From Octopus vulgaris (taxonomy: Eukaryota), in NCBI GenBank assembly GCA_951406725.2, contig OX597842.1:9610001-9674000 (forward strand): a DNA stretch of 64,000 nucleotides, read 5' to 3'. A model generated the notes under the pieces. That model saw only the letters and a program-made list of their open reading frames with translations, did no database searches and was not told the DNA's origin. Each line of letters begins with the position of its first letter. Within the stretch, counting starts at the first letter, position 1. A program made the position numbers and the translations under genes. Below are positions 42,120 to 53,200 of the stretch, in pieces.

Positions 42120-42670
42120 GAGTGAGAGCAGTTCATGCCATCAAAGTGACACTGGGGTAAAATATACAAAGCCCAGTATACCCATCATGACTACCCATCT
42201 GGTTAGGGTACACCAGGCACATGCATCACAACCATATGTTTGTGACATGGTGATCTCATATCAAGATAACCAGAGTATGACCTTGCAGGTGGGGCCCAGT
42301 TAGAATTTTCTTCTGGTCGAGTAACCCATCCTGCTCAAAAGGTCATTGAATAAGGGTTGTTTAAGGATGTTGAACGAAACACCCATGTTTCCAGAGGTGA
42401 ATTATCCAAACCCTAAAGAATCCCTCTCACATGGCTATGATGCTCCCCTACTACTTCTGCTCGTGATCAGAGATGCACATATCGTCAGCCACTAAGGGAC
42501 ATGCTCAACTGGTTACGGTGAAGCAACTGGCAAGCAAATCTGTGGTATTGAGCAGAATATTTGCTGTAGCCCATCTTTTATACCAAGACAAAACAATGTA
42601 CATGATAACACTTCCAATCAGTTAAGATCAGAAACCATGAGATCCACTGCCTGGTACTGCATCAGGGCAT
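42120..42670. mobile_element. Interspersed repeat family E (second copy at 21624-22040)
   Basis: More than 400 bp of near-identity between the two loci, next to (ATT)n tails. Confidence 0.72.
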
Positions 42671-43427
42671 ATAATTATATTATTATTATTATCATCAGCA
42701 AAAAATGAAGTGGACTGACATGTAATTTTTTTAACCTGTGGAAGGCACGCTAGATGCCGAAATATCATTCAACCAATTTCACATGATATGGCACTCTTCT
42801 ATTTATTATTATTATTATTAACATGGTGAGCTGGCAGAAGTATTAGCATGCCGGGCAAAATGCTTAGTGGCATTTTGTCTTCCTTTATGTTCTGATTTCA
42901 AATTCCGCTGAGTTCAGCTTTGCCTTTCATCCTTTCAGCTCAGTGAAATAAGTACTAGTCACGCGATGGGGTCAATGTAATCGACTCATCCTCTCCCTGC
43001 CAAAATGTCAGGCCTGGTGCCTCCAGTAGAAAAGATTATTATTATTATTATTATTATTATAATATCTTATATATGTATATATATATGTGTGTGTGTCTGT
43101 GTTTGTCCCCCTAGCATTGCTTGACAACCGATGCTTGTGCGTTTACGTCCCCGTCACTTAGCGGTTCAGCAAAAGAAACTGATAGAATAAGTACTGGGCT
43201 TACAAAAGAATAAGTCCCGGGGTCGATTTGCTCGACTAAAGGTGGTGCTCCAGCATGGCCGCAGTCAAATGACTGAAACAAGTAAAAAGAGTAAACTTAG
43301 CAGTTCGGCGAAAGAGACTGATAGAATAAGTACTGGGCTTACAAAGTATAAGTCCCGGGGTCGATTTGCTCGACTAAAGGCCGTGCTCCAGCATGGCTGC
43401 AGTCAAATGACTGAACCAAGTAAAAAG

Positions 43428-43463
<36 letters not shown>

Positions 43464-45139
43464 GTAACTGGGGTCAATGTAATCAATTAGGCTGACCCCT
43501 TCCCTCTCAAGAATCGCTGGATTTGTGCCTAAATCAGGAACAACTATCATCATCATCACCATAGCTTCCATTGCTGCAACTATTAGTACTACTACTACTG
43601 CTGCTGCTGCTATGACTACTACTGCTCTTAAAACTGATAGCATTAAGAGTACTGTTAATTACTATTATTACTGTGGAAGTGGTGGCGGAGGCGTTGGTGG
43701 TGATGGTGGTGGTGGTATGAAATACAGTCGAGGTTGTTGTGCTGAAATTTCTTGAAGTATTTCTATCTAATGATAGCAATTAATAGGAATGGTAGGCTGT
43801 GAGTTGGCAGCAGAATACGGCGGAGCAGCAGACGAAATACCTTTTGGCATTTTGTTACATCAGTTTATCTGGGTTTTTTTAACTTTTTTTTTTGTATGTA
43901 TGCTTCGTTTTTTTTTCTTTCTGATCTTGTCTTGGTGTAACTTGCCCTTTATCTAACATTCTGTGAGAATGTATGTATGCACGTGTGTGCGCAAACATAT
44001 TTTTATATATATATATATAAACACACACACATAAATGCACAGTCATATATATATATATAAACACACACACATAAATGCACAGACATATATATATATATAT
44101 ATATATAAACACACACACATAAATGCACAGTCATATATATATATATATATAAACACACACACACATAAATGCACAGACATACATATAAATATATATATTT
44201 ATATATGCACAAACATTCACACACACACACACACACACATATATCTATCTAATATAGGATAAAATTTTTCGAAAATTTTTTATCAATGGCCAGCATATTA
44301 AAAAATACCTTTAAAGGTTAAATTTATAAACAACTTATAAATAAGGGCAAAAGAAAAAAAAATTTCTAATGCCAAATATGCCGATACTAGACACATCGTC
44401 CATAACCATATAATTCATCACTTTAAGCACGTGCCTCGAAGAAAGCCGACAGAAATGTCTAAATCTGTGTATATATATATATACATACATACATACATAA
44501 ACGGTTTTTTTGTGGTTAGAAAAACATAAATCCAAAGAAGTACACTCTTAGAAGTAGAGCAGACATAGGCCGTCGGGTCTTAGGATCTTAACATACGCCA
44601 TAAAGGTACCCTTTATGGCGAGAAACTCAGGGTAACCATGTAAACCGGCCTTCACTAGTAATTAATATACATAGTGTGTCATTGGCCAGCTGGAGGAGGT
44701 GTCCTCCTGGGGCTATGAACAAATGGGATTGCCACATTTAGGTGGCAAATGTAAATGTATATATATATATTTCTTTATTGCCCACAAGGGGCTAAACATA
44801 GAGGAGACAGACAAAGGGATTAAGTCGATTACATCGACCCCCCCACCCAGTGCGAAACTGGTACTTTATTTATCGACCCCAAAAGGATGAAGGGCAAAGT
44901 CGACCTCGGCGGAATTTGAACTCAGAACGTAACGACAGACGAAATACCGCTAAGCATTTCGCCCGGCGCGCTAATGAGTCTGCCAGCACGCCGCCTTTAT
45001 ATATATATATATATATATATATAGTATGTATATATATATAGTATGTATGTATGTATATATAGTATGTATGTATGTATATATAGTATGTATGTATGTATAT
45101 ATATATAGTATGTATATATATATAGTATGTATATATAGT

Positions 45140-45381
45140 TTGTAGAAAACAAATCTGGAGAAGAAACATACTCCAAGGAATAGAGCAGTATATATTAAAA
45201 ACGAGAAAGGCTGGCTTATGGAATTACCCTGGGTTATAAATAATGTTACTAAGGGAGATAATTTTGGTGGTAATTAACTATTACGAGGGGAGGTAACTCT
45301 CCGACAAATCAATATTTTTCCTTTTTTTTCTTTCCTGTCGTTTTATTCACCTTGACATGTTCACAGCCAGAGACTGTGAGT
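45140..45381 (+). promoter_or_regulatory. Possible promoter or non-coding first exon of the SelU gene
   Basis: Start of a ~1.2-kb repeat-free block; GTGAGT donor-like site at 45376; the ATG exon has a 3' splice site, so an upstream exon is expected. Position is a guess. Confidence 0.3.
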
Positions 45382-46371
45382 ATATTTTATAATTGTATAT
45401 ACACGCACACATCAACTGTGGCAATTTGCATATGTAAATATAATTAAGATTGTGCGTATCGTGTTGCTTCTGCGTGTTTAAATTGTAATTTAGAGCCAGG
45501 TTCGTTCCGTAATGTTTTCAATCCGTGATAAATTCATCGCTTATTCAGACATATATTGTATAAGGAGCATAACTACACTTTAATGCCCCACCACAATTTG
45601 TCTCTGCAAAATTTAGTTTTATTGAAATTGTTTTATTTAAATTACATTTTAAAAGGTAACGGTGGAAATTTTGCTGATAAAATTTAGGAGAAAAAGAATC
45701 ATTTTGGTTTTTCATTTTTTTTTCTTTCTAAAACGAAAGCCATACTTATGCAGTCTTTCGGTATTGGTAGACGGCGTATTCACCGACACAACGTTCCTTT
45801 ACAGCATAGATAAAGATGCTGGGTTGAAATGACGTCGTCTACTTATACTGAAAAATTGCCCGTGCTTCTTTTTTGTTTCAATTTATTGTTTTTTTGGGTT
45901 TTTTTTCCCATTGTTTATGATCGTTGCACAAACAAAAATTAAAGGAAAAAATAATAATTTATAACTGTTGTGGTCAACCTGCAGGACTTTTTGAAATAGC
46001 ACATCTAAACGAAAAGTTACCTTAAAATATTTAGTTGTGTGGCCTGCTTCTCAGAAAATATTACCCATGCCCGACTAGTAACATTAGCATGATTGTTTAT
46101 CGTGAACATGAATGAAACTAGGAAATGCTTAAAGAAACTATTTCGTTGTTTTCTCAGGAAATTACAAATCAAATGTATTAGTATTGTTAGCGATATTTTT
46201 CATAGCTAGCGGAACCTCAGAAGTAGTAAGTTATCTAAACGAGGGATAAACCCGCAAATTACTCTGCAGGACAAGGATAGCTTAATTATATGGAGTTTAC
46301 ATTGTTGTTTGAAGATCCTGTGTTAACTCATTGAGGATTCAATTGAAATTATATATATATATATATATATA

Positions 46372-46553
46372 TTTACATACAAAATTTAAAGGACTGACCA
46401 CTAAAAGTGGACTGTCAATATGCTATAGACGTCAAAATCGCTATATTCCACGAAGAATGTGTTCTCAAATAAAAACTCAGCGATTTTGACGTCTATATCT
46501 AGCATATTGACCGTCCACTTTTAGTGGTCAGTCCTTTAAATTTTGTATGTAAA
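46372..46553. repeat. Inverted repeat with ~70-bp arms and a ~36-nt spacer
   Basis: TTTACATACAAAATTTAAAGGACTGACC... / ...GGTCAGTCCTTTAAATTTTGTATGTAAA. Confidence 0.88.
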
Positions 46554-46645
46554 AATATTTTAATCTTCAGATTTTAATATGCTAGGCCACTGGTTTTAAT
46601 TGATTAATATCAATTTCTACCCTTATTCAATTTTATATATTTATA

Positions 46646-46839
46646 TAAGTAATTAAGGGTTCAGCAACGATTTGCCTCACCACACACCGAATTTAGAAAT
46701 AGCAGTCAAAAGTTTTGGCTATTCTTTCTACTTAAAAGGGAGATCCCTTTAAGTAGAAAGAATAGCCAAAACTTTTTGACTGCTATTTCTAAATTCGGTG
46801 TGTGGTGAGGCAAGTCGTTGCTGAACCCTTAATTACTTA
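46646..46839. repeat. Near-perfect ~190-bp palindrome
   Basis: ~95-bp arms with a ~4-nt loop (AAAGGG-AGAT-CCCTTT). Confidence 0.9.
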
Positions 46840-46957
46840 GTATTACTTAAACCTTCCTTGAATGGGTCTTTTACATGCCGAACTCTACTTGGTGAAATTA
46901 ATGATTATTTCTAAATTAATTAATTAATTTCACCCTTTATTATTGATATATATATAT

Positions 46958-47338
46958 AAGCAGTATAGCCCGGCATTGCTCGGGTTTGTTTTTCAGTTGC
47001 GCTTAAAACGGGGCAGACTTTGATGTCGCGTTATCAAAGTTTTGAAAAGTAAAAATTTTGCATTATGTAGCTTGTTATTCTCTTTAAGTGAACATTTTTC
47101 TGGTTGAAATACACCGAAAAATGGCGACACAGCAGTCAAAAAATCGTAAAAAATTTTTGGTCTTAACATGGTACGATTTGAATTTTTTCTTCTACGGAAG
47201 GAAGAGCAAGCCTTCTTCTATCATACTCTCAATTTTGGTCAACTTGCGCCGCAGGGTCTCAGAGGGGATAGTGTTATTTGAAGGCTACCAAACCTGTCAC
47301 ACACACACACAGACAACTTCAGCTTTATATGTATAGAT
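46958..47338 (+). mobile_element. Non-autonomous Helitron/Helentron-like element
   Basis: 5' AGCAGTATAGCCCGGCATTGCTCGGG hairpin and 3' (CA)n-CAGACAACTTCAGCTTTATATGTATAGAT; a second copy lies at ~8731-9000. Confidence 0.55.
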
Positions 47339-47472
47339 AATATTTATGTATGTATAAATATATATTTATTTTTCTTTCTTTTTCTCTCCTTACAGTTTCT
47401 GCGTAAAGGATAACTTGACCAGGTGGAGTCCCCAATTACTTGGACTGACTCTTCTTCAACAGCCTGTCCACA

Positions 47473-47550
47473 ATGGCGGAAAAGGCTACACTCGCTTACC
47501 TACAAGGGGCCACTCTCAAGACCTTAGGTGATGACCCTAAGGAGTTTGGG
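47473..47550 (+). CDS. PRXL2A: PRXL2A/SelU coding exon 1 ([26 protein letters not shown]); the exon begins at 47396 with 5'UTR
   Basis: Polypyrimidine tract plus TACAG acceptor ending 47395; ATG at 47473 in context ACAATGG; in-frame TGA upstream at 47446 and 47416; GTGAGT donor at 47551; matches the KAALEYLEDIDLKTL..PRTF segment of PRXL2A. Confidence 0.85.
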
Positions 47551-48887
47551 GTGAGTATGTGTATATATATACACACGTGCACATTTATATGAAATGATCG
47601 TGATTTGTGTGTATGTGTTATGTCTCTCTCTTCATGTATATATGTGTGTATGGTTGTGTATCTCTATTCATATGTATGTATGTGTGTGTTTGTATGTACT
47701 CCTCCTTTATGTGTTAGTGTGTATATGTTAAGACTTGTTGAGGCAAGTGAAAATCAAAATCAAAATCGATCAACATCAATGGAAATTGTAGCTGTGATAC
47801 CAGTGCCGGTGGCACCTAAGAGAACCATCCGAACGTGGCCGTTGCCAGCGCCGCCCCGACCGGCCTCCGTGCCAGTGGCACGTAAAATGCACCATCCGAT
47901 TGTGGCCGTTTGCCAGCCTCCTGGCACGTAAAAAGCACCCACTACACTCGCGGAGTGGTTAGCGTTAGGAAGGGCATCCAGCTGTAGAAACACTGCCAGA
48001 TCAGACTGGAGCCTGGCGCGGCCTTCTGGCTTCCCAGACCCCAGTTGAACCTTCCAACCCATGCTAGCATGGAAAACGGATGCTAAACGATGATGATGAT
48101 GATGATGATGATGTATGTGATTATTAAGGTGGCAAAGTGGCAGAATTGTTATCACACTGAACAAAATACTTTGCAGAATTTTGTCCATCTTAACGTCCTG
48201 AATTCAAATCCCACCAAGACTGAATTTGCCTTCCATCTTTTTGGGGTTGATAAAATAAGTACCAGTTAGGCTCTGGGGCTGATGTAATCAACTGATCCCC
48301 TCCTCCAAAATTGCTAGCCTTGTGCTAAAATCTGAAACCATTGTTATTAATACTAGGGTGGCAAGCTGGCAGAATTGTTAGCACGCTGGACGAAACACTT
48401 AGCGGTATTTTGCCCATTGCTACATTCTGAGTTCAAATTTCACTGAGGTCGACTTTGCCTTTCATCCTTTTGGGGTCGATAAATTAAGTACCAGTTGCAC
48501 ACAGGGGTCGATCTAATCGACTGGTCCCCTCCCCCAAAATTTCAAGCCTTGTGCCTATAGTAGAAAGTATTATTATTATCAAGGTGGTGAGCTGGCAGAA
48601 TCGTTAGCATGCCAGGCAAATGCTTCGTGGCTTTTCATCCGTCTTTACATGCCGAGTTCAAATTTCACGAAGGTTAGCTTTGCCTTTCATCCTTTTGGGA
48701 TCAATAAATTAAGTACCAGTTGAACACTGGGGTTGATGTACTTGACTCATACTCTCCCCTAATGTTGCTGCCCTTGTGGCAAAATTTGAAAACATTATTA
48801 TTGCATGCTAGTAGAATCATTAACTTTTATGTATGTATGTATGTATATATATATAGATATATATATAGATATATGTATATATATATT

Positions 48888-48919
<32 letters not shown>

Positions 48920-50186
48920 TGTATGTATATGTATATATATGTATGTATATATATATGTATGTATATGTATATATATGTATGTATATATATATGTATGTAT
49001 ATATATATATATGTATATGTGTATATATATATATATCACCGTGACCGACCAGGCTATCAGATGTTGCTGCACATCGCTGGTCACAATGCGCTTCACATTG
49101 TTTTAGCCTTTAAATGACGCCACCCCGCTGGCTAAGCGAGCAGGCCAACAGAAGAGAGAGTTGTGGCAACTACCCACTGCCAGAGCCTTGTGGAGCTTTA
49201 GGTGTTTTAGCTCAATAAACACTCACAACGCCTGGCCTGGGAATCGAAACCGTGATCCTACAACCGCGAGTCCGCTGCCGTAACCACTGGGCTATTGCAC
49301 CTCCACATATTTTTATATATATATATTTTTTTTTTTGGTGATTTTAATAAGAGTTTTGACTGTTATTTCAAGCAGGTAGACATACTATGTCCTTGGATTA
49401 ATTTTAATCCCTTGGCTATTTAATGCTATTTTTGGCCTGCTATCGCCTGTCCCCTTGATTCTGTTATCATTTTTAAAATAGTTACATTGGATGATAATAA
49501 AATTAATGACACCTTCACAAATTAATTTTTCGTATATATATATATATATATATATCGTGGGCATGAGTAGGCGCGGGCATGGCTGTGTGGTTAGGGAGCT
49601 TGCTTCCTAGCTATATGGTTTCGGGTTCAGTCCCACTGCGTGGCACTTTGGGCAGGTGTCTTCTGCTATAGCCCCGAGCCGACCGAAGCTTTGTGATTGA
49701 ATTCGGTAGGCGGAAGTTACTGCCGTGTGTGTAGGTGCTCAGTGCCTCTCCAAAAGTGAGAGAGGGATATGTATATATGTAGTCCTGTCTGAGCAAGGAT
49801 ATGTGTGTGTGTTTGTTTGTTTGTTTGTGGCCTGTATATCTGGAGTGTTTTTCAAATTTGTTTTTTTGTTTTCACAGGCTGGAGAACTCTGGAAGAATAA
49901 CGGAGCTATCATCATGGTGGTCCGTCGTCCAGGATGATCCATGTGCAGAGAGGTAAGCACTTTTATCATTTATATATACCCCATCATCCTCCTCCTCCTC
50001 ATTATCATCATTACCACCAGCACCACTCCAGAGTGGCTGGCATTAGGAAGGGCTTCCAAGCCATAGATGCCATACCAGAACAGAAAGTGGAGCCTGGTCC
50101 AGTCCCTGGCCTTACCAGACCAGTTCTGGTCAAACCGTCCAACCCATGCCAGCATGGAAAACGGACATTAAATGATGATGATGATA

Positions 50187-50232
<46 letters not shown>

Positions 50233-53200
50233 CGTAAAAAGCACCATCCAAACGTGGCTGATGCCAGAGCTGCCTTGACTGGCATCCGTGCCGGTGGCAC
50301 ATAAGAAGTGGTCGGTGTTTGGAAGAGCATCTAGTCATAGAAATCACACCAAAGCTAACAGTGGAGCCCAACACAGTCCTTTAGCTTACCAGCTCCTGTC
50401 AAACCACCCAACACATGCTGGCATGAAAAACTGTTAAGTGATGACGACAATGATGATGATGGTGATGATGACGATGATGACGATGTTGATGACGACGATG
50501 ATGATGTTGGTGACGATGTTGGTGATGATGACGATGTTGATGATGATGATGATGATAACGATGGTGATGTTGGTGATGATGACGATGTTGATGATGATGT
50601 TTATTACACCTGCTGGTCTTCTGTTTTCTTTTTCAGGAAGCGCAAGCGCTGTCCTCTCTGGTGCCTTACTTTGATGAACATGGCTTTAACCTTTATGCCG
50701 TTGTACACGAAGTGATGGGCACCGAAGAATTCAAATCTTTTTTTTCCGGGGAAATATTTTTGGACGTTGAAGTAAGTACATATACTCTTTTACTCTTTTA
50801 TTTGTTTCAGTCCTTTGACTGCGGCCATGCTGGCGCACCGCCTTTAATCGAGCAACTCGACCCCAGGACTTATTCTTTTGTAAGCCCAATACTTATTCTA
50901 TCGGTCTCTTTTGCCGAACTGCTAAGTAATGGGGACATAAACACACCAGCATCGGTTGTGAAGCAATGCTAGGGGGACAAACACAGACACACACATGCAT
51001 ATATATATATACATATATACGATGGGCTTCTTTCAGTTTCCGTCTACCAAATCCACTCACAAGGCTTTGGTCAGCCCGAGGCTATAGTAGAAGACACTTG
51101 CCCAAGGTGTCACACTATGGGACTGAACCCGGGACCATGGGGTTGGAAAGCAAGCTACATACCACACAGCCACTCCTGAACCTAATATATTTATTTTTTT
51201 TATATATTCCTTCAGTCTTCGGGCGTTAGCTTGGAGTTCCTTAGCAGACATGCTGTGTCTTCTGTAATCAACAGCAATTCCAATTGTTGGGGCTTCCTTC
51301 TTGCTGATGCTAGCTCTCTTCAACTCTTCAATGGTGAAACCATGTCCAGCATGGACACGCATGTTGTATTTGATGGAAGGACATGTAACGAGATTGAGCT
51401 GGGAGAATCTTTAGCACCTGGACAAAGTGCTTAGCGGTATTTCGTCTGCTGCTACATTCTGAGTTCAAATTCCGCCGAGGTCAACTTTGCCTTTCATCCT
51501 TTCAGGGTCGATAAATTAAGTACGAGTTATGCACTGGGGTCAATATAATTGACTTAATCCGTTTGTCTGTCCTTGTTTGTCCTCTCTCTGTTTAGCCCCT
51601 TGTGGGTAGTAAAGAAATAGGTATTTCGTCTGGCATTACGTTATGAGTACAAATTCTGCCGAGGTCGACTTTGCCTTTCATCCTTTCAGGGTCGATAAAT
51701 TAAGTACCAGTTACACACTGGGATCGATATAATCGACTTGATCCCTTTGTCTGTCCTTGTTTGTCCTCTCTGTTTAGCCCCTTGTGGGTAGTAAAAAAAT
51801 AGGAATGACATGTAATGATTGGCCAAAGAGGTCCAGCAGCCGGTCTGGGAGCTACTTTCCTCACTTTCATCATCCTCTTCCTTGCTCGGCGCTTTTTGCA
51901 CATTGGCTGGTCAAACCAGGTTCGGACATAACGCTGCCAGTCCTTGTGAAAATGGCCATTTGGCACCGTTTGGTTTCCAAGATGTGCCATAGTGATAAAC
52001 GATCCTATTTTTTGTCTCTTGTAACTTGTATATTGTTTCAGACAAATATGGTTACAAAGACACACATATATGTAGGCATATATATGTAGAAGACGTGTAC
52101 ATATGCCATGCATGTCCCATTTTGTACGTACACCACACATCCCCCGTTTCGTACGTACACCACACATCCCCTATTTTGTACGTACACCACACATCCACAA
52201 TTTCGTACGTACACCACACATCCACAATTTCGTACGTACACCACACATCCACAATTTCGTACGTACACCACACATCCACAATTTCGTACGTACACCACAC
52301 ATCCACCATTTCGTACGTACACCACACATCCACCATTTCGTACGTACACCACACATCCACCATTTCGTACGTACACCACACATCCACCATTTCGTACGTA
52401 CACCACACATCCACCATTTCGTACGTACACCACACATCCACCATTTCGTACGTACACCACACATCCACCATTTCATACGTACACCACACATCCACCACTT
52501 TGCATGTACACCACACATCCACCACTTTGCATGTACACTACACATCCACCATTTCGTACGTACACCACACATCCATTTCGTACGTACACCACACATCCAC
52601 CACTTGGCATGTACACCACACATCCACAATTTCGTACGTACACCACACATCCACCATTTCGTACGTACACCACACATCCACCACTTTGCATGTACACCAC
52701 ACATCCACCATTTTGTACGTACACCACACATCCACCATTTTGTACGTACACCACGCATCCACCATTTCGTACGTACACCACGCATCCACCATTTCGTACG
52801 TACACCACGCATCCACCATTTCGTACGTACACCACGCATCCACCATTTCGTACGTACACCACGCATCCACCATTTCGTACGTACACCACGCATCCACCAT
52901 TTCGTACGTACACCACGCATCCACCATTTCGTACGTGCACCACGCATCCACCATTTCGTACGTGCACCACGCATCCATTTCGTACGTGCACCACACATCC
53001 ACCATTTCGTACGTGCACCACACATCCACCATTTCGTACGTGCACCACACATCCACCATTTCGTACGTGCACCACACATCCACCATTTCATACGTACACC
53101 ACACATCCACCACTTTGCATGTACACCACACATCCACCATTTCGCACGTACACCACGCATCCACCATTTACGTACGTACACCACGCATCCACCATTTCAC

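Noticed and set aside
49935-49937. Premature stop implying a PRXL2A pseudogene
   Set aside because: The stop coincides with the catalytic Cys, the gene is otherwise intact and a SECIS is present.
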